From contig JBMFSQ010000002.1 in NCBI GenBank assembly GCA_049967475.1, positions 32,001-96,000 on the forward strand: a stretch of 64,000 nt of DNA. The letters are read 5' to 3'. The notes under the pieces were generated by a model, which saw nothing but the letters and a program-made list of their open reading frames with translations, was not told the DNA's origin and made no database searches. This DNA comes from Chthonomonadales bacterium. Lineage in GTDB: Bacteria; Armatimonadota; Chthonomonadetes; Chthonomonadales; CAJBBX01. The position numbers and the translations under genes were made by a program. Below are positions 48,252 to 57,572 of this stretch, in pieces. Every line of letters begins with the position of its first letter. Positions within the stretch are counted from its first letter, which is position 1.

Positions 48252-49523
48252 ATGGCAACGGCTCTTTTGATCGTTGCATTCCTGGTGGTGCTCGCCTGCG
48301 GCGTGTCTGCGTCGCCGGCGAGCACCCGCCGGGATCTTTCGGATCAGCAACTCCTAGAGGAGGTTGAGCGCCGAGCCGTCCTCTTCTTCTGGGAGCGAAG
48401 CGACCCCGACACAGGCCTCACATGTGACCGAGCCCGAAACGATGGCTCCGACTTCCCCACGGTGGCCTCCATCGCTTCTACCGGCTATGCCCTGGCAGCC
48501 TTGCCCATCGCTGTGGAGCGCGGATGGATCCCCAAATCCCAAGCTGAAGATCGCGCCCAGCGCACCCTAAACTCTGCTCTGTACAAACTCGCATCCAACC
48601 ACGGATGGCTCTACCATTTCGTAGACCGGCGGACGGGAGCACGCGTTTGGAATTGCGAGGTCTCGTCTATAGACACCTCGCTGCTCGTGGCAGGGGCGCT
48701 CGCGGCCGGGGCATACTTCAAAGGCCATATACAGCACTTGGCCGACGTGCTCTACCAAAGAATGGATTGGACCTGGATGCGCACCCACGGCGGACAGTTT
48801 CCCCACAAGCTCATCCCTTCCATGGGGTGGACGCCGGAACACGGCTTCCTCAAGGCTGATTGGGCGGGCTTCAGCGAAGCCGTGCTCCTCTACCTTCTGG
48901 GACTCGGGTCCAACAAGCCCTTGCCCGCCGAGAGTTGGAAGGCGTGGAAGCGCCCAGGGTTCCGTTACGCCGGCATGCAGGCGCTGGGCGGCGGCCCCAT
49001 CTTCCTCCATCAAATGCCTTACGGCTACTTCAACGTAGAGAATATGCGAGACTGCCTGGGCATAGACTACTGGGCAAGCTCCATCCAAGCCACCCGCATC
49101 AACCGCCGATACTGCATGGACCTTGCCGGCAAACGCAAAACCTATGGCCCGGATGTGTGGGGACTCAACGCCTGCGATGGGCCGGACGGCTATCAAGCGT
49201 ATGGCGTTCCGGCCCCGGAAGATGGAACCGTGTCTCCCACGGGTGCGCTGGCATCCATAATCTTCACCCCCGACCTCTCCATCTCCGCCGCACGTACGAT
49301 GTACCAGCGCTTCGGCCAAAAGATCTGGGGGAAATTCGGCTTCGCCGATGCCTTCAATGTGGACCGGAACTGGTACGATCGGGACGTCATCGGGATTGAC
49401 CTGGGAATGGCCCTCCTCGCCATAGAGAACCACCGCACAGGCCTCATATGGCAGCTCATGGCCTCGCTTCCCTCGACGCACAAGGCCCTCAAGGCTGCAG
49501 GCTTCCACAGAATGGATAAATGA
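48252..49523 (+). CDS. Exported glucoamylase-family (GH144-like beta-1,2-glucanase) protein
   Basis: Signal peptide; FFWE, ASIASTGY, GWLYHF, EVSSIDTSLL, WGKFGFADAFN and GIDLG motifs. Confidence 0.8.
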   Translation: MATALLIVAFLVVLACGVSASPASTRRDLSDQQLLEEVERRAVLFFWERSDPDTGLTCDRARNDGSDFPTVASIASTGYALAALPIAVERGWIPKSQAEDRAQRTLNSALYKLASNHGWLYHFVDRRTGARVWNCEVSSIDTSLLVAGALAAGAYFKGHIQHLADVLYQRMDWTWMRTHGGQFPHKLIPSMGWTPEHGFLKADWAGFSEAVLLYLLGLGSNKPLPAESWKAWKRPGFRYAGMQALGGGPIFLHQMPYGYFNVENMRDCLGIDYWASSIQATRINRRYCMDLAGKRKTYGPDVWGLNACDGPDGYQAYGVPAPEDGTVSPTGALASIIFTPDLSISAARTMYQRFGQKIWGKFGFADAFNVDRNWYDRDVIGIDLGMALLAIENHRTGLIWQLMASLPSTHKALKAAGFHRMDK

Positions 49524-49532
49524 ACCCCTTCT

Positions 49533-51239
49533 TCAGGGCCGGTGAGGCTTCGTCCGGCCCTGAACTCCCTCTTGAGGGCGCCCTGTCCCCTGTACCAAAA
49601 CCAACCGCTGATCTGCCGGATACGGACCCCAAACTTCTCTTCGGCCGCCCGGCCAAACCACGACCACGGCATCTACCCGGCCGGCGCTGCCCAAGCCCAC
49701 ATGCACCGTGCGGTCTGAACAGCTCAGGTAACTGCCTGCCCTTCCTGCAAACATGCGCTGAGTTTTGGTCCCCGCCCGCACTTCAACGAGGGAGCCGTAC
49801 CCATCTCGATTGGCGGATCGTCCCACCAGCCGCACTTCCAACCAGTGATTGCGCCCTCCCGTGCGGTTCACGAGGAACCGCGGAGATCCGGTATTCGCAA
49901 TCTCCAAGAGGTCTACCCGCCCGTCTCCATCCACATCCGCCTGAGCCAGTCCGCGGCCCACCATGGGAGCGGTAACCCCGGGGCCGGCGGACCTACTCAC
50001 ATCCCGATAGGTTCCGTCCCCGAGGTTGCGAAACACCAACGCGGGCTGGGGATACGTCTGGCCGGGATTGGAGAGCTGCACCGTGTCCAAAATGTGGCCG
50101 TTTGCCGCGAACAGGTCCGGGTAGCCGTCATTATCGAAGTCTGCAAACAGCACCCCAAAGGTCACATAGGGGTACGTAGCGTCGTAAACCCCCGCAGTGC
50201 GGTTCACAGAGCGAAACAGTCCGCCGGATCCTCGCCACAAATCCATCCCTTCCAGGTTGAAATTGCCGATTGCCACCGCCAACAGACCCCCGTCCGTGTC
50301 GAAGGCGGCATCCACTCCCATGCCGGAATGGGCTCTCCCCGCATCGTCTACAGCGATGCCGGCGGCTGACGCCTCCTCGGTGAAGGTACCATTGCCATTG
50401 TTGACGTAGAGGCGGTTGGGAACCAAATCATCGGCTACGATGAGGTCCGGAAAGCCGTCTCCATTCACGTCGGCTACGCAAACTCCCAAGGCCTTACCCA
50501 AGCCGCCGAGCACACCCGCCCGCCGGCTCACATCCTTGAAGCGGCCATTTCCCTCGTTGCGGAACAGGCGCGACGCCTCCCCAGCATACTCCTGCGGCTG
50601 GCAGTACTCTTTGAAGCGAACCCCGCAGAAGATGTCTGTAGCCGGTGACCACTTCACGTAGTGGCACACGAAGAGGTCCAGCCTGCCGTCACAATCGTAA
50701 TCCACCCACGCTGCACTGGAGGACCAGCCATGGTCCGCCACACCTGCAGAAGCGGTAACGTCCTCGAAGCGCCTGCCTGCCTGGTTGTGGAATAACCGGT
50801 TGCCGCCCACTGCGGTAATATAGAGATCCTCCCAGCCGTCATTGTCATAGTCTCCCACGGCCACGCCCATCCCTTGCAGCGAAACCTTCAGCCCCATAGC
50901 CTGCGTCGTATCCGTAAAGGTGCCGTTGCCGTTGTTGTGGTAAAGGGCGAGCGTGGGCCGAGGCCCCTTCATGCCATGCCCGGGCCACCAATCCCCATTG
51001 ACCAACAAGAGATCGGGCCGGCCGTCGTTGTCGTAGTCCACAAAGGCGCCGCCTCCCCCGAAGGTCTCGGGCATCCACTTCCTTCCGAAGGCGCCGTTGA
51101 CACGTTCAAAATGGATGCCGGCTTGCCTCGTTGTGTCTTCAAAACGAATGGGCGAGCCCTCGCGCTGCGGCGGCTGCGGATTGCGCGCGCATCCGGAAGC
51201 CGCCGCCAATAGGCAAACGACCAGGCCAAGCCGGCGCAT
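49533..51239 (-). CDS. CRTAC1-family lipoprotein (FG-GAP repeats + ASPIC/UnbV)
   Basis: MRRLGLVVCLLAAASGC; DYDNDG..DL repeats; NHWLEVRLVG..NRDG.G..V; SYLS....H.GLG; V.WP.G. Confidence 0.9.
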   Translation of the reverse strand: MRRLGLVVCLLAAASGCARNPQPPQREGSPIRFEDTTRQAGIHFERVNGAFGRKWMPETFGGGGAFVDYDNDGRPDLLLVNGDWWPGHGMKGPRPTLALYHNNGNGTFTDTTQAMGLKVSLQGMGVAVGDYDNDGWEDLYITAVGGNRLFHNQAGRRFEDVTASAGVADHGWSSSAAWVDYDCDGRLDLFVCHYVKWSPATDIFCGVRFKEYCQPQEYAGEASRLFRNEGNGRFKDVSRRAGVLGGLGKALGVCVADVNGDGFPDLIVADDLVPNRLYVNNGNGTFTEEASAAGIAVDDAGRAHSGMGVDAAFDTDGGLLAVAIGNFNLEGMDLWRGSGGLFRSVNRTAGVYDATYPYVTFGVLFADFDNDGYPDLFAANGHILDTVQLSNPGQTYPQPALVFRNLGDGTYRDVSRSAGPGVTAPMVGRGLAQADVDGDGRVDLLEIANTGSPRFLVNRTGGRNHWLEVRLVGRSANRDGYGSLVEVRAGTKTQRMFAGRAGSYLSCSDRTVHVGLGSAGRVDAVVVVWPGGRREVWGPYPADQRLVLVQGTGRPQEGVQGRTKPHRP

Positions 51240-52573
51240 CACCGGGGTGCTCCACGAAGATATGAGGGAGGCGGCAGGTCCAGTGCGCGGTAATAGGCAC
51301 TGAGGGCGTTGCGGGCCTTGGACGAGTACATCGAAAGGCAAAACGCCGCCTCGAGCTCCGGCAACGCCCGCCCAAACTCGCCCCATCGCATAAAGTGAAG
51401 CCCGAAGGCCAGCCTCGCACTGGCATCCGTAGGCCGATGATCTATCTGCGTCCGCAAGGCCTCAGCCTCCCGATTGCGGGCAAACAGACGCCGGGCCAGT
51501 TCTTCCTGTGTCTGAGCCGCTTCCCGCATCCCAAGATGCCCAAAGGCATGGCCGAGCTGCAAGCGCGCCGTGGCCGACGTCGGCGAGAGCTCGAGGAGCC
51601 TTGTGAGCACATGCGCTGCAGCACGGGCGCGCCCTTGTTCCGCATAGAGCGTGGCTAGGTCCAGGAGCGGACCGCCGTCCCCAGGCTCGAGATTTGCTGC
51701 TTCCAAAAGGAGGTGCTCTGCCCGGCGAGCATCTCGATGCGGGCTGAGTGGGTTGAGAAGCACGGCCGCCAGATACCGCCGAACCTGCACCTGCCGGCTG
51801 CCGCCTGCTACGAGGCGTTCGAGCAACGGCTCTGCCTCCGCCAAACGCTGTGTCTTGAACAGGAGCATAGCCAGCAGAAACTGGGCCCCCGGGTCCGCCG
51901 GCGCCGCCTCAACCAGATTGCGCGAGAGCTGCAGCGCGCGGGCAAGCTCGCCCCGCCGATCATACTCCCGTATCAGCGCCCCCCGCCCGGCCACGTCCGT
52001 ACTGGATAAGGTTTGCTCTGCCTTCTCTAGTACCGCGGCAGCGTCGGAACGCCTTCCCAAGACTGTAAGCGTACGGCTCAGCTCGATCGCGCCGGCAGGC
52101 CGCCCAGGCTCTAAGGCAATGAGGGCTCGCCAGGTAGATACGGCATCCTGAAAGAGACCCAGGCTTACCTGAGCGCGGCCCAGGCGTTCCAATGCCGTTA
52201 CATTTGCGGCATCCGGGCGCAGAGCGCGCTTGAGCGCAATTTGGGCGGCGTATGGATCCCCGGCCTGAAGCGCCATGCCGCCAAGAGCCGTCCACAGCGC
52301 AGCCCTGTCGGAGGCCTGGGCTTGCGCCAGGGCGCGCTGGAGCGCCGCTAGGCGGTACCGCTGGGCGTCCCGATCATTGGAAAGGGGCGGCACAGGCCCC
52401 AGAGGCACGTCATCGCCGAGCCGAAGGAGAACCGGTCCTCTGGAAAGGGCGGTGCGGATGCGGTATCCGGCCACAACCACGGCGATGCCGGCTAAAACCG
52501 CCGCGCCGATTACGGCTGCTTTGGAGCCCACCCCGTAGAAGCGTACCCGGCGCCGGGATTGCGGAGGCGGCAT
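51239..52573 (-). CDS. Membrane-anchored TPR protein
   Basis: N-terminal TM, many TPR-like repeats; TGATG coupling to the CRTAC1 gene. Confidence 0.8.
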   Translation of the reverse strand: MPPPQSRRRVRFYGVGSKAAVIGAAVLAGIAVVVAGYRIRTALSRGPVLLRLGDDVPLGPVPPLSNDRDAQRYRLAALQRALAQAQASDRAALWTALGGMALQAGDPYAAQIALKRALRPDAANVTALERLGRAQVSLGLFQDAVSTWRALIALEPGRPAGAIELSRTLTVLGRRSDAAAVLEKAEQTLSSTDVAGRGALIREYDRRGELARALQLSRNLVEAAPADPGAQFLLAMLLFKTQRLAEAEPLLERLVAGGSRQVQVRRYLAAVLLNPLSPHRDARRAEHLLLEAANLEPGDGGPLLDLATLYAEQGRARAAAHVLTRLLELSPTSATARLQLGHAFGHLGMREAAQTQEELARRLFARNREAEALRTQIDHRPTDASARLAFGLHFMRWGEFGRALPELEAAFCLSMYSSKARNALSAYYRALDLPPPSYLRGAPR

Positions 52574-52606
52574 AGAAAATCACGCGCGGCAGGAGTATTG
52601 AGGAAA

Positions 52607-52637
52607 GAGCCGGAGGGTGCGCACACCCCTCCGGCTC
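52607..52637 (-). terminator. Stem-loop after DUF1559-like gene (weak terminator or stabiliser)
   Basis: GAGCCGGAGGG..CCCTCCGGCTC followed by only a short TTT on the minus strand. Confidence 0.5.
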
Positions 52638-52652
52638 CAAATGCACCCGATC

Positions 52653-53471
52653 CTAGCCGCCGTACGTGACCGGATCCTTGGGCGAATCCTGCGGCGGCCA
52701 ACCTGTGGCGGGTATCGTCTTCCACTTGCGGCCGTAAGGCACCAGTTTTGCGTGCCCGTCAAAGTATACCGCGTTGAAGCCGCGCGTATGGTTGCCATTG
52801 CTATTCTTGCAAGCGCCATCGCAACCATCCGGACCGTCCCACCCGAATACACCGCGCTCTGCAAACACGAAGCGCGTGGCCACGTTGTCCACCTTCTCGC
52901 TGGGATCCTGTCCGCTTAGATCCGGGCCCGTCGCGTAGGCTGCAAACGGGTTCCATCCTGCGCGGAAGCTGTAAATCCACGCGGGGAACCACTGATAAGA
53001 CTGCAGTCCGTGCGAGATGTTGTACTGGCTCGGCGACCGTACCTTGTCGGACGGGCAGTACCAGATCTGCACATTCTTGATGTAGGGCCCCAGTTGAACG
53101 CGCATGAGGGTGCGGTAGAACTCGGTGCCGTAGGCGCACCCGGTGTAGTTGGGCCCGCCGTCCCCAGGATTGAAGCCCTTCCAGAAGCCCCCGCAGTCGT
53201 TCCAGCCCTGGTTGCCGTCAACATCCAGGTTCACCTCCCAGTTCCTGGGCCCGGGATAGGTTCCCATGGGGAAGAGTTCATCGTAGTCCTGCGAGTACAT
53301 CTTGAGGCTGAGGCCGATTTGCTTCAGATTGCTGAGGCATGAGATGGTGCGAGCCTGTTCGCGTGCTTGTGCGAATACCGGGAACAGGATCGCGGCCAAG
53401 ATCGCGATAATCGCGATTACCACTAATAGTTCGATCAGGGTAAACCCTGACCCTCTCTTCGTACGAGGCAT
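52653..53471 (-). CDS. Prepilin-type DUF1559-like protein
   Basis: [16 protein letters not shown]...[29 protein letters not shown]. Confidence 0.92.
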   Translation of the reverse strand: MPRTKRGSGFTLIELLVVIAIIAILAAILFPVFAQAREQARTISCLSNLKQIGLSLKMYSQDYDELFPMGTYPGPRNWEVNLDVDGNQGWNDCGGFWKGFNPGDGGPNYTGCAYGTEFYRTLMRVQLGPYIKNVQIWYCPSDKVRSPSQYNISHGLQSYQWFPAWIYSFRAGWNPFAAYATGPDLSGQDPSEKVDNVATRFVFAERGVFGWDGPDGCDGACKNSNGNHTRGFNAVYFDGHAKLVPYGRKWKTIPATGWPPQDSPKDPVTYGG

Positions 53472-53533
53472 TGTCGTTCTCCTGATGCGGTTGAAAGAAC
53501 AAACCGATAAAGTTGCGTCGCGACGAGGGTTCT

Positions 53534-53809
53534 CTAGCGGCCCATGGGTGGCCCTGTGGGCGTCGGCATGGGCGGGGCGCCGCCGCTCTGCGTCTTGGTT
53601 CCTGCCGCCGGCACGTAGCCCGGCGTTGCGCCCGCGGGTGCGTTGCCGCCCGTGAACTCCTTCCATTGCTTGGCTGCCACGTCCGGCATTGCCGGCGGAT
53701 GGCCTTCATTGCGGGCGGGTCCCTCGAACTTGAACCACGCGAATGCGGCAAGTGCAAGAACGATCACGACGATCACTACGGCAACTGCAGGTGAGATCTC
53801 CTTGGTCAT
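53534..53809 (-). CDS. Small single-TM Pro/Gly-rich protein ('KEISP' type)
   Basis: [33 protein letters not shown]; ends MGR. Confidence 0.8.
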   Translation of the reverse strand: MTKEISPAVAVVIVVIVLALAAFAWFKFEGPARNEGHPPAMPDVAAKQWKEFTGGNAPAGATPGYVPAAGTKTQSGGAPPMPTPTGPPMGR

Positions 53810-53878
53810 CGTCTGTGTCCTCCGATCCCCAGCCCCGTGCGCACAAGGCTGGGTTTGCTGATGGAACCACCTCCCCTA

Positions 53879-54075
53879 GCATCTCCTCCGCTGAAGCGTT
53901 TGGGCATGCTCCGCTGAGGGTGCACCATTCTATCACCATCAATACGGAAGTGTCAAGAGGTTTTATGGCGGAGGGGTACGAGTCCTTCTCCCAGGGCTTC
54001 GGGAGGGTTCCGTGATCGGGCGGACCGGGGTGCATCGGTCCCACAACCGGTCTCTGCGACCCGCCACCGCGTGAA
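53879..54075 (-). repeat. ~195-bp duplicated promoter/leader, copy A
   Basis: Aligns with 55571-55766; TTGACA-18bp-TAGAAT on the minus strand (53956-53927); shared CTGAAGCGTT site. Confidence 0.85.
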
Positions 54076-54096
54076 ACGGCCTTGTTCCGCTGTGGG

Positions 54097-54258
54097 CTAT
54101 TTGTGGGTGGGCGCTGGGGGGCGCACCGCAGCGTGAGGCGGCCCCCCAATGGCTCCCGGCTGCTTGCCAGTGAAAACGAAGAGGTAGAGGACCGCCACCA
54201 CCGCTACGGCCGCGACGATTACCAACAGCGCTGCAATTGGAGAAACGCTTTTATTCAT
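54097..54258 (-). CDS. 53-aa single-TM paralog ('KSVSP' type), not in ORF track
   Basis: MNKSVSPIAALLVIVAAVAVVAVLYLFVFTGKQPGAIGGPPHAAVRPPAPTHK*; same N-terminal pattern as its neighbours. Confidence 0.7.
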   Translation of the reverse strand: MNKSVSPIAALLVIVAAVAVVAVLYLFVFTGKQPGAIGGPPHAAVRPPAPTHK

Positions 54259-54276
54259 GGGGATGCGCGATGCACA

Positions 54277-54546
54277 TTATCGCCCAGGGCCGCGCCCACC
54301 CTGATAGAGTTGCTGCATGGCGCGCATGCCCGCCGGCCCCGTAGGGCCCGCGCCACCGGGTACGCCACCGGCCCCCGGTGCAAGCTTCTGCATGGCTTCA
54401 AACCCTTGCTTCTGGGCGGCATTCATTTGGGGCATCCCATTTGCCGGCGCCTGATGCGGCTGCATGCGCCACCACACTAGGCCGATTACAAGAACCGCTA
54501 TGACCACGACGATGATCGCCGTGACGGGACTGATGTTCTTCTGCAT
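54277..54546 (-). CDS. Small single-TM Pro/Gly/Met-rich protein ('KNISP' type)
   Basis: AGGAGG RBS; MQKNISPVTAIIVVVIAVLVIGLVWW; ends PGR. Confidence 0.8.
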   Translation of the reverse strand: MQKNISPVTAIIVVVIAVLVIGLVWWRMQPHQAPANGMPQMNAAQKQGFEAMQKLAPGAGGVPGGAGPTGPAGMRAMQQLYQGGRGPGR

Positions 54547-54657
54547 GGTGCAAGCCTCCTGGTCTACCTTAGGTTCTGCAGCATCGGGCAACAGGCGAAC
54601 AGCCCGTAAGGGGAGGTACGCCGGACCGTGGCGAAGCCTCCCCTCCGAGCCGATTAC

Positions 54658-55497
54658 TCACTGCCCCCAGGTGGCGCCGGGCGCTAGACTGACCGACGGG
54701 GCCTTCAGATCGAAGTAGATCTCCGGAATTGCCGATGGCTTGAACGCATGGGCATGACCGTCATAGAACGAGATGTTCAACATCCCGCTATGGCGCGCCG
54801 TTCCAAAGTAGTCACCGCAGGGACCGGTTTTGGTGTCTGCCGCAGTAGCCCAGCCCGGATACTTCAGTGCCGGGCTGCAGATGCCGATGGAATCCAGCTC
54901 TGGGGAAGGTCCTCCTACTACAGCAGCGTTGGTATCCAAGAGCACGATGCGCTCCGCAGGAGCTTGAACGTCGGCGTCACTCAGCCCCTCCGAAGATCCC
55001 GGGTACCCTCTTCCCCACCAACCTGCATCACTGGGATACGTGCCCTCGGAATTGCCCGGAACCGTGCCCGCTGCCGGCATAAACCAGTTGAGGGCGATAC
55101 CGGCCTCGAACCGGTAGATTGAGTCGCTGGGAATAGGGCTGGCCGTCGTCTCACCCCAAAAAGCGGGGTTGGACACGTCTGGGCAAGCAAAGATGCCCAC
55201 ATTCTTCACATAGGGCATGATGCAGAATTGCCACCATGCCCGGCCGCCGTTCTGCTGGCCGAACTTGTTGGTGATGCCAAATTGCCAACCGAGCATGTTG
55301 CGCTCGTCATAATCCTGCGCGTACATTCGGACCGAGAGGCCGAGTTGCTTCATGTTCGACAAGCAACTGATCGCTCGCGCTTTTTCCCGGGCTTGGGCGA
55401 ATACCGGGAACAGGATCGCAGCCAAGATCGCGATAATCGCGATTACCACTAACAGTTCGATCAGGGTAAAACCGTTGCCGCTTGTTCTGCCTTTCAT
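54658..55497 (-). CDS. Prepilin-type DUF1559-like protein
   Basis: [16 protein letters not shown]...; [20 protein letters not shown]. Confidence 0.92.
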   Translation of the reverse strand: MKGRTSGNGFTLIELLVVIAIIAILAAILFPVFAQAREKARAISCLSNMKQLGLSVRMYAQDYDERNMLGWQFGITNKFGQQNGGRAWWQFCIMPYVKNVGIFACPDVSNPAFWGETTASPIPSDSIYRFEAGIALNWFMPAAGTVPGNSEGTYPSDAGWWGRGYPGSSEGLSDADVQAPAERIVLLDTNAAVVGGPSPELDSIGICSPALKYPGWATAADTKTGPCGDYFGTARHSGMLNISFYDGHAHAFKPSAIPEIYFDLKAPSVSLAPGATWGQ

Positions 55498-55570
55498 TGT
55501 CACGATACACCTTCCATTCTTTACGCCTCGGGGCCGGCGCCCCCCCATAAGGATGCGCTACCCTCTGCTG

Positions 55571-55766
55571 GCATCTCTTCCGCTGAAGCGTTCCGGCACA
55601 CTCCACTGCGGACATGTTATTCTAACACCATCAATACGGAAGCGTCAAGGCGTTTTATGGCGGAAGGGTACGGGTTTTTATCCCAGGTCTTCGCGAGGGT
55701 TCCGTGTCCGGGAGGATCGGGTGCATCGGTCCCACAACCGGTCTCTGCGACCCGCCACCGCGTGAA
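55571..55766 (-). repeat. ~195-bp duplicated promoter/leader, copy B
   Basis: TTGACG-18bp-TAGAAT (55648-55619); near-identical to 53879-54075. Confidence 0.85.
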
Positions 55767-55780
55767 GCGACCTGGTCGTC

Positions 55781-57430
55781 CTAATCCAGTACCGCAGCAT
55801 GCGGCGGAGGCGGAGGCACAAAATCCGGATCGTCCCGAGCCAGAAGGTCCAGCCCCAACATGGCGCCCAGCTCGTCGTCCGTGTGGCGATCTACGAACAG
55901 CGGAAAGGTCTCGTCGTCACTGCGCCGGTTCAGATACGCCCGCAGCAGGTTCTCCAGAGCAAACTTCACCTTGTCCGCCGGTACCTTGCGCCGAATGGGG
56001 CGGGTGAAGCGCGCATCGGCGCCTAGGCGGCCTCCCAAGCTGATGTCGTAGGCTTCTACCTGCCGGCCGTCCAACCGCGCGAGGCATCCCTGCAGCCCGA
56101 TATCCCCGATGTGGTGCTGGCCGCAGGAATTGGGGCAGCCATTGAGATTGATGCGGATCGGCTCATCCCAATCCAGCCGCTCCTCGAGGTATTCCACGAT
56201 CTCGCGCAGGCGGTTCTTCGTTTCGGTAATGGCAAGGTTGCAGAATTCCGTTCCCGTGCAGGCGATGCCTTCGCGGCGGAAGCGGGACACGTTCCATTCA
56301 AATCCCGCCGCCCGCAGAGCAGCCGCAGCTTCCTCCAGGCGCCCCTCAGCGATGTTGGGGAAGATGAGGTTCTGCTGGTTCGTGGTGCGGATGACGCCGT
56401 GGCAGAAGCCATCGGCGATTTCCGCGGCTGCGTCGAGCTGATCCGCAGTCAACCTGCCGCATAGAACCGGAACGCCGATCCAGTAAAGGCCCGGTTGCTT
56501 CTGGGCGTGGAGACCCAAATGGTCTGCCCGACGTGCCGCCAGATCCGCTCCGGGGATGGCCGGAGCAGGACGCCAGCCGAGCTTCTCTACGAGGACTTCA
56601 AGGAACCTCTCGGCACCCCAATCCGCCACCAAGAATTTGAGGCGCGCGTGGTTCCTGCGCTCGCGGTAGCCGTAATCGCGGAAGATCTCGGTTACGGCTC
56701 GGGCTACATCCACCACCTGGTCCGGGCGGATGAGCATATCGAGGCGCTGCGAGAACTTGGGCTGGGTCGAAAGGCCGCCCCCCACGCGCACGTGGAAACC
56801 CACGGAACCCTCCACGGCCGCGCCGGATGGGCTTATCGAAGCCGGCACCCGCACCGCCGTGAACGCCAGGTCGTTGATCTCCGGCTGGTAGCAGTGGTAC
56901 CGGCATCCCCCGATGGTGATCTTGTATTTGCGCGGCAAATCCGAGAATTCCCTGTTGCCCAGGAAGAACTTCGTGACATCTCGAATGATCGGCCGGCAAT
57001 CGTAGATTTCCTCTGGATCGAGCCCGGCAACCGGGCATCCGGCCACATTGCGGGCGATATCGCCACACGCACCCACAGTAGTAAGCCCCACCTCGTTCAG
57101 CATGGCAATGGCTTCGGGGATCGTCTCGATGGTGAGCCAATGAAACTGGACATTCTGGCGCGTGGTGAGGTCGGCTATGCTTCGGCCGAACTCCCTGGAG
57201 ATGCGCGCAAGGGCCCGAAACTGGGCAGATGTAGCATCTCCGCCGGGGATCTTCACGCGCATCATGAAGTGACCTACCCGGGGTTGCTGTTCGTAGATGC
57301 CGTACCATCTCAGGCGCGCCATGTCATCCGGAGGGATGGAGGCGTAGCCGGTTTTGCTGTATCGAAGAAGATCGGGCCAAACGTCCAGGCCATCCTTAGC
57401 CTTCTTGATTTCTTCGGTCTTGTTGGCCAT
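55781..57430 (-). CDS. Ferredoxin-dependent nitrite/sulfite reductase (siroheme, 4Fe-4S)
   Basis: RLRWYGIY, MMRVKIPGG, TTRQNVQFH, LPRKYK, ACTGTEFC and GCPNSCG motifs. Confidence 0.92.
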   Translation of the reverse strand: MANKTEEIKKAKDGLDVWPDLLRYSKTGYASIPPDDMARLRWYGIYEQQPRVGHFMMRVKIPGGDATSAQFRALARISREFGRSIADLTTRQNVQFHWLTIETIPEAIAMLNEVGLTTVGACGDIARNVAGCPVAGLDPEEIYDCRPIIRDVTKFFLGNREFSDLPRKYKITIGGCRYHCYQPEINDLAFTAVRVPASISPSGAAVEGSVGFHVRVGGGLSTQPKFSQRLDMLIRPDQVVDVARAVTEIFRDYGYRERRNHARLKFLVADWGAERFLEVLVEKLGWRPAPAIPGADLAARRADHLGLHAQKQPGLYWIGVPVLCGRLTADQLDAAAEIADGFCHGVIRTTNQQNLIFPNIAEGRLEEAAAALRAAGFEWNVSRFRREGIACTGTEFCNLAITETKNRLREIVEYLEERLDWDEPIRINLNGCPNSCGQHHIGDIGLQGCLARLDGRQVEAYDISLGGRLGADARFTRPIRRKVPADKVKFALENLLRAYLNRRSDDETFPLFVDRHTDDELGAMLGLDLLARDDPDFVPPPPPHAAVLD

Positions 57431-57481
57431 GGGTAATCCCTGCCTCTCGAGCGGTCCCCGTAAAGCCCGGGTATATATGAG

Positions 57482-57537
57482 TTGACCGCTCTGTTTAGTC
57501 AGGTATTCATTATACTGGCCCAATGCGCCGGTGTCAA
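57482..57537 (-). promoter_or_regulatory. Consensus promoter of the reductase plus candidate Rrf2-type operator
   Basis: TTGACA-17bp-TATAAT (57537-57509), immediately followed by ATACCTGACT-AAACAGAGC-GGTCAA. Confidence 0.65.
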
Positions 57538-57572
57538 GGACGGCAAAGTTCGTAAGGTACAATGCGGCCGTC

